Source: Phoronis australis (lineage: Eukaryota; Animalia; Phoronida). Taken from it: DNA of 64,000 nt. Each line of letters starts with the position of its first letter. Within the stretch, counting starts at the first letter, position 1. The stretch lies in the NCBI GenBank assembly GCA_002633005.1, contig NMRA01000474.1:275409-339408 (forward strand), given 5' to 3'. The position numbers were made by a program, and so were the translations under genes. Under the pieces are notes generated by a model. That model was given only the letters and a program-made list of their open reading frames with translations, made no database searches and was not told the origin of the DNA. Below, in pieces: positions 24,601 through 39,600 of this stretch.

Positions 24601-27600
24601 ATTATATGGGTAAAGCTTACATGGTCGTCTGGTTTTCTTTAATTAGTAGGTCTACCCCAAACCAATCCCTGCTGGAGGCATGAATTGAAAAACATGATCA
24701 AACTAATTTGTAAAGTCCAGTTTCACTTTTTTCCTGAGGTCCAAAATAATTTCTAACAAATTAAAGTCAGGAACAAACAGAAATAGAAGGAAGAGAGAAA
24801 ATCAATATAGGGTAAATTCGCCATTGGCATAGGATATTATCAAAACGCAACTGAAGTATGAAGTTTTTCATGGAAAAAAATGCAGGGCAATCCTTGGTAA
24901 AGGGTCTGTTACTGGTCAGGAACTAAACACATTTCAACTTATAAATGGCATCCAACAAAATCCAAGCAGGCAAAACGTTCAGGAAAAGAATAAAGAGTTC
25001 TCTACAAATTAAACGCACGTTGAAACACATTTCACCAAAACCATTCTTCTTGTCAAGATTGCTGTTCAGAAATCCAATCAATCATTTGTCTCCCACAAAT
25101 TGTTCTGCTATTCTTGAGACGACGTGACAGCGGTCTGGACAGGCGAAGCGTTGCTTTTAAAAAGAGCGCTTTTCCAGACAGTTTTCGCGTGTACACGCGA
25201 TAAATTGATACATTAGTCAGTTCTTGAATATATTTAAAGGGGCATTTAATAATCGCAAGGAACTAATTAAAGAGAGCGTGACTAACCAAATAAAAGGTGT
25301 TGCAATTTGTTTTTTTTAACTCTCGTTTGACCCTTTTACAATCAGACGTTCAAAATGGTGTTTCGGCGTTTATACAACTTTCTATATTGCAACTAAAAAT
25401 TTGAGATTTCTGCTGATTTACTTTATTCAACATTTCGCTTCAGAGTGGTGCGTAAAGAGGGAAATGTCAAAAATATATGGTCTCAGAGAATATGCAACGC
25501 TACAATCACGGCTGATTTGATGACAAGCAAACAAGGAATACAAAAATTCAACAACTTGAACAAAAGCCGCAATTTCAGGTTGCGTCTCAAGTAGCCGAAT
25601 GCCATTTGGATCCGACGGCCACTTGGACAAAATATAGAAAGAAATACGGATAGATAATGTGTACAATTGGAAAATATTGCGCGGTAGAACAATAGCAGTC
25701 ACCACAAAAAATACAACATGTTGCACTATCAAACAATTGAATACTAGAAAAATATCTGAATAAATCTTTAAAATTCCATTCTTTATATAAAATCACCCAG
25801 TAGTACAATGCGTCACGTGTACACCAGTCCATCTATTAATAGAACAAAATCTGGAAATCAATAATTAGACGTACACTGGCACGTCAAAACTGTACTTCAT
25901 TTCACTAAAATTTAAAAACTCGATACACGTTTGAGCAATAAAAATGTGGCCTGATTAAAATCAAGCAAGCGTCATTGCTATCATTTTAATTGTTTTGAGA
26001 AATATTTATTAAGCTCGCCGTATATTAGTGACGTTTAGAACAGAGCATCGAGATCAAATAACAAAATTAGGCCTACATGTAGGTCGCTTTCGCTTACATA
26101 ACAAGTGCAATTCCCAGACACGACTGTTCTTTGGTGACCTGCTCTAAGGTAATATTCACTCGTAGTGATTAATTTCATAATCCACTTTCATCAACTGAAT
26201 GCCCGTTAATCTTTTAAATACGGCAGCGCAACCATGACAAGAATGTTTCTATTTTAAAAATAAAGTTACATCGTTACCGTTAACTAACTGCTACTATTGA
26301 ATTCAGTCTCCACACGTCAGAATGATGCAATAATACTACTCTACACACCCAAATTCAATTGAAAGCTCAGGTTTTGACCTCTCGTGTCAAGTCAAACTGT
26401 GCGACCTGAAATTTCAAGCATAATGCGTGCTGAGTTTGTGTCTCTACACTTCTACCGACTGATACCTTGGAAATATGAAAAAACTCATGTGGGTCCGGCC
26501 ATTAGTTAGTTGTTGCCAAAGCAAGTTCGAAAGAACACTAACACATGCTGTGAACAGACATGTATCGCGTGAACATGAAATAGTGCAGATTCGATCTTTA
26601 AATCGTTTCGTCGACTAGTATTTTTGACTACTTTTGAAAATTTTCGGATGCGCCTAAGAAAGTTCTGCACCCCGGAAGAACAATTTAAAAAACGGTACAA
26701 AACAGCAATGTTTCCAATAATTCTGAAACGATCAACGTAACTAGCGTTGTGGTGAAAAACATATCAATTTTTCTTGTAAAATGTCCAAATTATCGAATTA
26801 AAATATCCCAGGTCCTATCGCATTTTTAAAACTGCTTGGTCAAGTTATTTACGCGCACGGTCGTGGTCCCACCAGAGAATCATTATTCGGAATATTCGCG
26901 TACAGCAAGCGATTTTTTTTGCTCCCCGGGTACATTGTAGTCAGCCGACTACAAATACGTCACTGATCTTTACTGGTGTAAAACTCGCTTGGAAGGAATA
27001 CTGTTCCGAATGAAACATCAGCCAAAGGAAATTAGAATTGCGGGTGTCTAAAAAGCTGTAAGTATTAACGATATCCAGGCATTTACGCTTTGCTGGTGTG
27101 CGACGCACAAAAATATAGTATTACAAAAGTTCTTGCTACTGCAATCAATTCTCAGTTCGGCAATCATTCACAACAACGGCAACACTCAAATTTGCGCCAA
27201 ATTCCATATCTTTGAAATTTTTCGGAACAAGCGCGCACTGCTCTACTAATCGCAACCCATAACATTTGAAAAACTTCAATAAAACGCCAACAGCTCTGGC
27301 AAGCGCCCAACCGTTGTTTGACTCACTAAAATTGGTTTTCAAAACTGCATAATGCGAAGTAACCCTAGCAACATGCATGCTGGGGTCATGTGTCGTTTTG
27401 AGTCTACCTATTTTGTGGAATAATTATGTGACACGTACAGTGTATTTCTCGTGCTCAGGAAACAAATCTAATTACCCGATAATGGAAACCCGCACGGAAT
27501 GGTTACTATTTGGAAGCTAGTTATGATATGAAAAACTAATGTCTGAAAACGTAAACAGTATAAGCCACATAAATGTTGTAGTGATATTTGAACTGAATTG

Positions 27601-30600
27601 GTCCTGATGATCGATCCGTTGGTTTGACAATTGTTGTCATTTTAAGAAATTGAACCAAAAGTAATACAAATTCTGTCCCAAATCGATAACGTTAAATGCA
27701 CAATACGTCATTCGGCTAGGAAAAATTTAAGCGGTTTTGTTTATCGACAGGATTTTTCAATCGTGTGAGTCGCAAAATTTGAAGAGCAAACAAATTGAAG
27801 AAGCTTGCACTCATAGTTACAGGGTATATCTTTGCTTTTTAACGACTTTGATGACAGTCATACCGTAGATCAATAACAAAAGAGTCCTGGATATTTTTTC
27901 AATGAATATTTTGTTCAAGTTTACGGTCAATACTTGCTTACCGGAAAGCACGTGGCTGTTTTAGAGCACGGATTCAATTTTCACGTAGGCTTGCGACAAG
28001 TACTTAGAACTTGCAAAAGGATGTGTCATAGCATGGCAGATGTATAAAGCCCTTACGGGAACGTCAGGCAGCACAGATTTGATTTGCATTGCAACATGCG
28101 CATCCAGGGCTTTTCAATAGCTGTAGAGAAAAACAATTTCATAAAACATTAAGAATTCAATCTCGCGGCCTAAAATTCGGGAATACCTACATCAGAGGAA
28201 AAGGCAATATTTAAATATTTTCTCCATTGGCTAGAATCAATTTGGCGCATACAATTTGTGGGTAATTTTTGCGAGCTGGAATTCGTGTAGGGAGCTAGAA
28301 ATTTGGTTTCAAAGGTAGCAAAATGCAATTGTAAGGCGAGTTATCATTATCTTTGCTTCTACCATGACCAAAATGTTACGTACTGTCTAAGAATTTGAAC
28401 AATTGCTTGGATAAAAAAAATTGAACAAATGATACACCAAAAACAAGCAAAAACAAGCAAAAACAATGCTTTTACTCATGCCCTAAAGCAAATAACCCAG
28501 AATATTAGACTTTGACCTAATACTAGAGTATCAAAACATAGTTTTTATTCCTTTACTGTGAAGCATCTACACACCGTGTATGGTTGTGGTATCTGTGAAT
28601 GAGATCTAACATGAATTTACCCCACAAGACTTGATCACTGTGGATTAACAAAAGTTTTCCTTATCCAAGTACGTTTTAGTTAGTTTTTTAAATAAATGCG
28701 ATAATGGTTATGTTCAATCCACCCATATCATATACAAAACTGACGCCACCTTTCTAAGCAGAATCAGGTGAAGAACGGACACTGTGAAAAAAGACACACC
28801 AACTTTTGTATTAACAAAACATACAACCATAACACTACTGGGTACCGGTAGCAGCATTTTAGACCAACAAGCAGTTGCTTTATCAATACTGCAAATAATA
28901 TCATATCACCTTGAGCACTGAATTTTAAAAGTGCACTAATTCGCACTATAACGTAACTTACGGTCCGTAGGCGCTACGTTTAAATGCCAAAAGGCGGTTG
29001 GCTGCGCTTACGTGCGCTAACACCCAACTACAGCACTAAATTAGACACAGGGTGCCTTGTCTGCATCTGTGGTCAATTGGAAAAAAATCAGAAAAAAACA
29101 TGTAGGATACAAAGCTTTGAAATTTCTTACAGTAATTCAAATCACCTTCTAATAGTGTTTCCAAAGTTCACAACATAAAAATGAATCATTTTTCACAGTC
29201 CGATTTGTACCAGTAGTCCAAGCGTATCTTGTTGAATAAATAATACATTGTATTATTATCTCATATAAAATGAGGCATGTATTTTCCCCAATAAAACTCG
29301 TTCAGCAACAACACCTGAAAAACTTAGGTCTATTAATTTAAGAGAGAACTGACAATTATCAACTTATCACGATACTCTTTTTAGGAATAACTCAAGATAA
29401 AGTTTGACTGATTCTCTGAGTCCCTTGTTTTGTTAGCTTACAGTGCTCCGTTAACAAAAGTTCCAATACATTGGAATCCATTGTATGCAAGATTTCACAT
29501 TTCCAAAACATCTCCTACTTCCTACACAATTATTTCCCGGTCCATTTTTTTCGAACTTCATGTGATTTTGGAAGGACAGTTGCCGATGGGGTTGTCTACG
29601 CACCTGTTGAACCCCCTTGGCTACAGTAATGACCCTTAGTAGGCTCATCTCATACTAGTCCTTGTTCGACGCACAACTAACATTGGTCAGCAAGATCGCA
29701 CAAATTAATGAAGCCTAGTAAGCTATATCAAGCTTTCACTGAACGCTATACAGCACATTATGCTCCACGAACTCAGTTTGCGTACGCACACGTTGAAACA
29801 AATTTTACCTAAAATAACATCTTTTTCTGTTCAAGATCTCTATCCAGTCAATGATGTCGACACAAATGCATACCCTAAATTTTTAATGTACGCAGTTCAG
29901 TGAATTGAAACGGAATGACCAATCGCAATTTCAAAAAAGCAGCGCTTTGCTGCCAGGCATCGATACATTGGCATTCATCGATCACGAAGAAATTCTAATA
30001 ATTATTTGGGTGCACAGTTACGATAGGGCCTTTTTAAAAGTATTTTCTAATATGCAGGACCTAAGTTTCAGACTGAAGCTGAAAATAATTATTCATCTGA
30101 AGTACCGTAATATGAATTACATGCATGTATAGTGTACTACGAATTTCACAAAAATGCTAGAAAATCCCAGCAATTAAAAATGACGTCATTGTGAGCACCA
30201 GATTCAGGATGAGCGAATCTAAGGGACCTCGGTCACGCAAGCGCAGTGGCCTTGAAGAAAGATTTGTTGACAGATTTTTTATAAATTACCTTCAGGTTTA
30301 TCTCAGGATATGTTCAAATTCTGTCTGATATATTTTTTATCAGTTAGACGGAAATCCCGAAAAATTTTCCAAACGTCTTAGCGGACTGTGCCGTTACACC
30401 AAAAGGAATGCCGATAAGTTTCTTATTTTACATTTATTTGACGGTCACGTTTGCAAGTGTCTATGGTTCATACACACTGCTCGAAATTTCAACTATATAA
30501 GCACGATGTTATTACTTTTTCCAAGCGTAATATTTGCACAGTTGTTATTTGAAACGCGCCGGTGAAACGTATATTTGCCTCTTATTATTTTAACGAACAA

Positions 30601-33600
30601 TTCCCCAAGTGGTGCGCGTTAAAACCAGCATTCAATATATTAACGAGATAAATTAACCCTTTCATCAAATCAGTTGGTCTATATCATGTCATGTACTTGA
30701 AACTGGTTAATTTTGGATGGGTTTTTCAATATCTTCAAAATTGGTTGCATTCTGATTTTTTCGTATTTGCTCGACCTATGTTAATATGCTTGTGCAATGA
30801 TATTATATCGTGGTTGCAGAATGGTTTGAGACAACTGTTGTGTCATTGCTTTACCAGAGTGATAATAAAATCTTACTTAAATGACAGACAGAGCATCTAC
30901 TATGCTGAAGAATGGGATACCGTAGCAGGAGGTCGCGTCACCTAGGGGGAACTCTTATAACGAAACTGCATTTTAGGAATGAACCAGTTGTGCATGAAAG
31001 AAATTGGAAATTAATACGCCCAGATCTTGAATGCAGCAAACCGGAACACTATTATCTACGACAACAAAAGTGATTGCACCGACTATGTAACGAATAGAAT
31101 AAGTAAAATAACATAAAAGATGTGCCTCGATCCGCCGAACACTCAGTTATTCAACGAAATTCCACTAACAGGAACCTATCCTACTATTTGAAACTTGGAT
31201 TATGGTACCCAATTAGCAAACAATTGAGAATCACTGCTGTGCTGTAACACTTCAAAATTCTTTCTTTAAATTGGGCATTGAATGAAATGTACAATTGCAT
31301 CACTTTCTATAAATTGCAATAAATTACCAACTTCGCCTTGACTTGATGAATGAGAAGAGTACCGTCTCTCACCTGTACGAAACTGTTCACGGGATACGAT
31401 AATAATATGGAAAATGGGTATAATGTTAGATAATCAATCCGCGTTTGACACAGTTTCACAAGACCCCTTCTTGTACAAAGTTTTCTCTTATCCAATATCG
31501 GACACTCTGCACACACTCCGCACTTTATACTTGTAAATTAACTCTATCCATCCAATCGGGTAGTAGGACTAGACAGTGTGTTTTCAAAACCCTCACTCCC
31601 CGTCTTTGTTTACGTAGGGGTATCGAAAGCTGATGTCCTATTTCTACTCTTCATCAATCATGACAGACATGAGCTCCAAAACCATCCATGACATAATCAA
31701 TGGTAAAACGTCTGATACAGCCGAATTTTATACAAATCTCAAAAACATCCCAAAAGCCTTTCTTTCCAACTACAGTTGAAACTTGGTTCCACTCAGGGCT
31801 CGTAATAAGCACATGGAAGCTTCAAGGCTGAGATAAAGTGTTGATCTTACATTTTCTAGATGCCTCCATTTCAAACTAACACAATCTTTATCTGAATCCG
31901 CATGGTGAAATTATTCCCCAAAACATTTGTAAAGAAATCTAGTCATGATAGTTGATGATGAAATGTCATTTGAACCACAGTGTCAAATCCGTGTGCAAAA
32001 AAATCAAATTCTAATCAACCTACTGAAATTCGTTCATGCAAGTTTCAAATCGTTTGGTACCTACAAACGATTTGAACATTTTGACTATGGTGAGATAATC
32101 CACCAAGTCGTGTAGATAGTGCGAGACCTTTGCTTGAGCTACACAAAGTATCATAAAAAGCTTGCAATAACCAATGCTGGTGTCATGAAAGGGTCTAACA
32201 CAGTAAGTGGTCCAAAATGTCATTGTGTTGAAAGGTATTAGCAGCTCAAGTTCTTAACAAAGTAAAGAATGTATTACGAAATACAAAAGTCAAAAACATC
32301 ACTCGATCTAGGTACAGTTCAAGAACGCTAGTACATGCTATGCCCTTCGCGAGATTACGCCGTGTATTTTAAACAAGACCATGTGAATTTGGACAGTTTT
32401 TCCAACCCGCAAAACAGCTACACTGAGAACTCTACTAGGGTTTCTCTTGTCGCACATTTTTCTTATTTCCACCATCTTACAGTCGAGCAACTAGTAAATC
32501 CACAATTACCAAGGCATAGATGCAGGTCACATCCTCTCATAAAAATGATATGCCGTAATTAAAATTTCATTTTCACAAATGCTTTTGCGAAAAGAATAAA
32601 ATTATTCTTCCTACAGTCGTATACCGCCGTACAATAACAAAGGAAATCTGTCAACAGATTTAGGTCAAGATTATTGCTAAACTCTGAAAAATTCAGACAC
32701 ACTTTTCAAAATATGTCTTCCCGGTGCGCCTGCGGATCTGTCCAAATTGGTCTGTTTCTAATGCTTTCGTAGATCGTTTGCGTGATCCTTGTTGCGGATC
32801 CTGGAGACGGTCGACGATATAACAGATAAAATTAATAGTATTCCACGGCAGATTGGTAAATACATCTTGTTAGTAACTGATTCTCATGACTAGCCCAATG
32901 GCGTCTATTAAGTGCTACTTAGTCAATTTCTCTATAGTATGTAACCTGTCTTATAATTGCTGTTCGTAGGACTCGGTCATGATTTCATTGTATTTTTCTC
33001 ACCGACATACGTGTGCTGTTAAGGCAAGTTAAGAAAAAACGTCTGTTTTATATCTAAACTTCCGTAGCTATACATGTACTTGTATGTGAACATTTTGTTA
33101 TTACTGTTTTGTATTGTTACCACGATTTTGACATGTCGCTTTGGTTAACAGTTTACAGTGTTCATACATGTATATACTATTCAACATAAAATTAGGAAGG
33201 CAATGCCAATCGTGATGAAGTTCTTAAGACAATGGATGTGTAGAATTGTTTTTAACAAGGTGCATTTCAAGTCAATGATGATCAGACAAGTGTTCATGTG
33301 TAAATACTCACCGACCGACCCAGCGCTTGGTCCACATCCCAACCACGGTTTACATACTCCAGTAGAGTAGAACAGTCACCTTTTTTGGCGGCTGTTCTAA
33401 CCTGAAAATAATAACAAATAAATTTTAAATCGAATGGTGTACATTCATTACCATTACGAACTCAATTTTACAAAAAAGTGCTCCTTAGATGATATGAACA
33501 TTGAGGGACTAGGGTCGGGGTTGTTCCTGGGTCTTGATAATGCAGACCATATGAAATACTCTTCGCAAATTTTGGCTCTTGTTCATATTAAAGCTTCCTA

Positions 33601-36600
33601 ATAACCACACATTTATACCAACTTTATGAACGAGAAACACCACAAGTGTCGTCCTCTTCCTTCTGACCCGTTGTTGATTGTGTCCACGTTGACCTTTTTT
33701 CCATTTTGACCTACATCGTACCGTGACCATTTTACCATCAATATCATTTCAACCTCTTATTATGTTTAAGTTCAGTTGTCCAAAACGTGCTGCAATCTGC
33801 AGTAATCTGCCCCCTCAAACATTGTTTGGATAAGGTATGAGTATCATTTAGGGTGTATAGTCTGGAGTTAATAATTATTTGTTCATCAACGTAGTGTCTC
33901 CCAGTGTTTGCTCATTGAGGCATCGGCTAGGATGTATGTATTGGGATTTTCGTTGCGTCATCTCAAGAACGTGCAATAGCGAAGGAAGACATGTCGGATG
34001 GAAGGACAAAGGTGATGTTGTCTCAAACTTCTCCGCATTTAGTGTTCGCTAAGATACTCATTTCTTATTACCCAATTATTGCTCTGATCTGGAATTTCGC
34101 TGTTTGACGTTTACCTCCCATTTCGATTCGTACGTTTTGTGAATGACTGTAGGCACATAATAGTCGATAACTTCCCATATAACGTAAAATTCGATATAAA
34201 AGCAGTGAGATGTAACTTGGTGTACCTTTTGTACCATAGGTTGTCTGCACTTCATTTTTGTACATTTTTGCAAACTTGCTTTTAACGTTACTCCATTCAA
34301 GGTGATTTTTAGTCTATCGAATATTACACATTTATTTACTGTGGTTCCTGTACTTTTGTTTGAATTCTTCCATACTATTTCCGTTATTAACTATCATTGT
34401 TAATAAGTAACATTTACCAACCTGGCCCTCGCCTTTTTACTGAGAACTAAATTCAGATAACACCACTATTATTTCTGAATCAAATTTAAAAAATCGTTGA
34501 TCAATGCTGATGTAAAAAAATAAGTTGTCTTTGTTGGGCACATCAAGATTAATTACATTCCCTCAGAATATATTTTCCAATGAAGACGACTTCACTAGCT
34601 GTAACATTTACGGCACATTCTCACTTCTCCGAGTTTATTCATAGTCTGAATGAGTATCATGCAAACAATACATACAGCATTGGTTCCTGGGAGACGTGAA
34701 TTTATATTGTGATAATGAATAATTGAACTCAATCTTGCACCTTGTAGCATGACTATAACTTTATCTTAACACTCTTCTTCAACATACGTACACCACTCAG
34801 ATGATGAACAGACATACAGTTGGCACACCATCAGGTTCTACCCTTTGTTTCGAGAGTCAATCATAGGACTTATCGTGTTATCTCGGTAAGTTTTGACAAG
34901 TTACCTCAAGAGGGCGCTCCAGGTATCATTTGACTAGATTACATCCAAAGTTGAAATCCAGCGCTATAAATGAGATCTATTTAACAATGGTTATACAAAT
35001 TCTTTGTTGATAACCAAACAAAGAAAAGGGCAAAGTGAGCGTGTTAGTCGGTACCTGAAGGTCACGTGGTTCAAGCGAAAGCCAAGTGTTCGGTCAATGG
35101 CATGACAAGATTTTTTTACCAAAATTAAGACAGAAAAAATACATATTTGCTGAAGAAAAGTACAATAATAAAGTTCCAATTTAAGAATTTTAGCGGAGCG
35201 TTCGGTTCAGGTTGTTTGTGTGATAACGCCGTGTTGTAAACTACAAGATTGTCTTTTGTACATCGTTCCTAGAACGAGCGTATCATAAAATCAAGAATGA
35301 GACATTTCTTTACTGAAGTGAACGAGCAAGAATACGAAAAGAGCGCAACCTTTTCTTTGAAAAAAGCAGTACTTGTTGGTGGTTGCGAGAATTCACTTCA
35401 CGTGTCGCTCAGGTGATATTTTCCTAACCACCAGCGGCTAAACCACAATCAAGGTCCATATTCGAGAAGTGACTGTGTTACGGTATAAAATAATTTTGTC
35501 TGGTCACTTACCAAATGTCAACTGAATCTCATATGCAAAGAGTTATTTAGTTGTGCAAATTGAAAAAATAATCATCAAAATTGGACAATGTTTGAGAAAT
35601 GCATGCTTGCTTTTGTCTATGAATTCCATGCATTTTCAGCGTTACGAGTGGCCATTTTAAAAATTGCAATTTTCAACTGTCAGCAGTAGAAAGGAAATTT
35701 ATTTTAATAAGCAAGTAATTGTTTTGACATGACTGGGAATGACTTAAGTCAATTTCGAAATCACTTGGACGAAGTTGCGCTAAATCGTTGAGAAATGATG
35801 GAGTTCATCATAAAACAGGCACTGGTTACGAAAATTGTGATATCGGCGATTCTAACCCCCACCTACTGTAAAGAGGGTTAAAAACTAAAGTTCACATTCT
35901 GTAATACAAAGAACTGTAGAATAAGTTAGCCAAGGCAACACAGCAAATTATTCAATATCTAAACAAACCAAAAGTTTGGATATTTACTGGGTTCTGCTAT
36001 GGTGAAAATGGGCCAAAAAGGCTAACAAAGTGTAGTGTACGTACCCCCATGTAGAATTCAATAACACAAATGGTCATTGCAAATGAAATTATTGCCTTTT
36101 AAATAACAACATGGTGGTTATTATCACCAAAGAAAAAATAATTGGCCATACAACATTATGTTACCATGTGACGCAGAAACAGTGATGTAGTGTATGTACC
36201 CCGTTTTGTAGCGTATGTACCCCCATGTTTACAAATGTCATGAAATTAAAATATCACTTGGAAAGTAAGCAACATTGGTCATGGACAGTTTCCTTCCTTA
36301 AACATGTTAGGTTAAAAGGGTGTTTATTGCAAATACATTTGTTTTGAGTGAAATATTAGCATTTCTGTAGTGTACATAACCCCATATTTCAATTTGTGCC
36401 CATTTTCAAAGTATGGCAAATATGGGTATTAATGCTGTGCTTTTTATTTTTTCTCTTTGAATTGATTAAGTAAATCAACTAACTCTCAGTAGATTCTTAG
36501 TACATAGTCATAAACCTGACATGTCATTGAAAGGTAGTGTACGTACCCCTGTGTAGCGTACGTAACCCGGTGTGAACAAATACCGTGAAACAAAACTATT

Positions 36601-39600
36601 ACATGGTAAGTATGCAACATTTGTCACACAAAGTTCCCTCCATTAAAAATGCTAGGATAAAAGTGTCTTAATTACAAATACATTTGTTTTGAGTGAAATA
36701 TTTGCATTTGTGTAGTGTACGTACCCATATATTTTAACATGTGCCTTTTTTCAAAGAATGACAGACAGATACACACATTTATGCTGTACTTTTTGCTCTT
36801 TTCTCCTTGAATAGATTTGGTAAGTGAACTAACTCTCAGTAGATCCAAAGTATTTTTAAAAACCTGACAAGTCATTGAAATGTAGTGTACGTACGCCCTC
36901 CAACCTCTGTGATATAACGTATTGCCCACAAGTATTTTTACATATTGCTGTTCTCATAAACAATACTGATATTTCCAAAATGCATCCAGTCTGACAAAAC
37001 AAAACAAAAACAATGCACATTGTTAAATACTGGGGAAACAAAATGCCACACAGGTCCTGGCTAGTAACATCCTAAAAAACATGTCATGAGACAACTGATG
37101 TTGCAGAGGCAGGTTCTCTACATGTATCTCTCAACACAACTTGCAACAAAACAACTAGTAGAGGCAGTGCAAAATTCAAGATCAACCCATACATTTGTAC
37201 CTTAGTCAAAATTTGACGTTAAGTGACTATGCGTAGTGGACGTCCACCCCCCCCCCCCCAACCAGTACCATTTTCTACTGTTTACAAGTTGAACACTCGG
37301 CCTAACTTGTTTGACCAACTGGTGAATGTGTTGAAAACTAGGCTTATAGCACCAATAAGGTTTTTGAAAAAAAATAGTTACCTGTCATTTTCTTTGTGTA
37401 AGAATCATATTGCAAGAGATGAAGTTTTAAGACATGCAATCATCAAGAACAACTCGATCAGCAAGGTAATAACTTTTTTCTTACTTTAGTATGTGATACT
37501 TCTTCAGTTTGATCAATAACTTATTAAATTAACAGCTACCTTACGAGTTTTTGCATGATAGAAGTGGTTTGTGACCACAAGTTGTAGTGTACGTACACTT
37601 TTATTCAACTGCGATGCATTAGGCCATAAAATTTTATTCGGTGGTTCTTGTGCAAAATATTTTAGATTACAAATCTGGAATGATGGTACTTTAAAATAAC
37701 CCAGCTTTCACAGTAATATGACAACCTTCATTTTTCACCAAAAGTGGCCACCGAATATGGACCTTGATTGTGATTTGCCCGCCGGATATTTCGTGCATAG
37801 ATTTTAACAATGTGAAAAAAGTCACATGTATTGGTAAGCAGGGATAAATCGCATTGCATTGAAAACTTCCTCACACTCCAGGATCTAAAGAAATAGCACA
37901 GACATGTCGCGTGCGCAACTACATGCACAAAGACATCGCAAAACATGAACCTGATGCATTTGACCCGGTAACAGAGAGATAAGGTTCTAAGTATACAGCA
38001 TCATATTTGAAAGAAAACAATTTGAAATATCGCCCCGGGACAGTGCGCTTGTAAACACTGTTGCCATGGACAGTGTGTACTCGTGAGTGAGTCTACATGC
38101 AGTGCTTTTCTTGGCTTGTATGGTCAGACAAAAGGTAGTGACTTTAACAATGGTCAAGCTATTTATATAACATGACCTTGGGACAACAGAGACGGTTGTC
38201 TTAACCAATGTTTCGTGACTAAGGTCTTGCTGTTTAGCGTCCTATAGCATTACCGAACTTTACCCAGCTGAAAATATAGGAACACTGAGGCTGGTATTCT
38301 CAGAAGTGAACGTAGAATGCAGTGAATTAACGGTTCACTATGTAATGCGCACATAGACCTACACTCAACAACGCACAAATGCCATGAACCGTGAATACTT
38401 GTGAGTCTACATTCACAGCACTTTTCTTGAGCTTGACAAAAGGCGTTCGGTGACAAAGCTATTTGAAGAACACGACCTTAGTGAAAATATAGACGGTCAC
38501 CTTAACCAGTCTCGTTTACAACACACCTGGCGAAAACTGTGACATCACTGAAGTCCTTACCCCGAAGTGAACGTATACTCTAGAAGTTAACGCTCCACTA
38601 CCGCAACATGCGTATATAGTTATTCTCCCATCTACATTTTTAGAATGTAAGGATAGCTTCAGCCTGACATTATATTTGCAATGACAATATGGAGGGGAGT
38701 CCGAGTCCAGGGCCCGGTCTCCAATCTTTTTACTCGAAATGAAACTCGAAATTAGGTTTGTCATTTTCTACTCTACTTTTGGGCGAACTCAAGATAAGCG
38801 TCTATTATTCTATGCTCGAGTACACAATAACTTATGTAGATAATTTATTGCCCTTAGGTCACAGTTTGTAAACCCAATATTAAAGCAATAAGGTCGAGTT
38901 TGAACTCGAAATTTCGAGTTTTTACTCGAGTTTGTAGCACGAATATAAGGGTCTTCAAGGGCAAACTTGAACTAGAAACTCCTATGCATAAACTATAATG
39001 TATTCGAGCACAGTCTGATAACCAATTACCTTAAGCTCGCACAAAAGGAGCAGAGAAATTGCCAAAAATAGTTTCGAGTTCGTTTCGAGTACAAAGATTA
39101 GAGACCGGGCCTAGGTGAGGGCTACACTGATCTTGTTGTTTCCAGACAAATCATAACAGCTCAAACCACACCTTCTAAACACACGTTGGCCACCAAATAG
39201 AATTTTTGAGTTAAAACAAGAAAAAAATGGCGACCAGCTTGTGAAATAAGTGCATAAACCGGTGGAAGACATAAAATGTCAGGCTTGAGGAAGGGAGTGA
39301 TTGATGGTTGGTTTGGTGTGACAACAATGGTTTGGTCTGTGCCAACAATCGAGTTTTATAAATGTCCATTGTTAAAAGGCATGCATGCAACCAAACGTGC
39401 AGAGGTAGACTTTTATTATTTTCTATGAAGTGGTACTCACCCAGGCTCCGCCCCTCCTCTGCGGTGATAGTGGGAAATTCCTAGTGCGACTGAATTAAGC
39501 CATTTTGCGACAGTACAAGGGTGTAACTTAAAATGTCTTTTGCCAACAACATTGACATAAATGTGGGTCTCAAAACGTTCATTAAACCATTAAGTTGATT

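Noticed and set aside
25185-25825. 16-bp palindrome TCGCGTGTACACGCGA and a weak inverted partner near 25810
   Set aside because: Similarity too short and diverged to define an element.
27942-28120. Exon-shaped segment (ttctctacag|...|gtaagc) in intron 2
   Set aside because: Stops in the frames examined and no ankyrin similarity.
33500-34900. Possible Penelope-like element remnant on the minus strand
   Set aside because: Only faint fragments (TYI...KHW, SQNLR); too decayed to support without a profile search.
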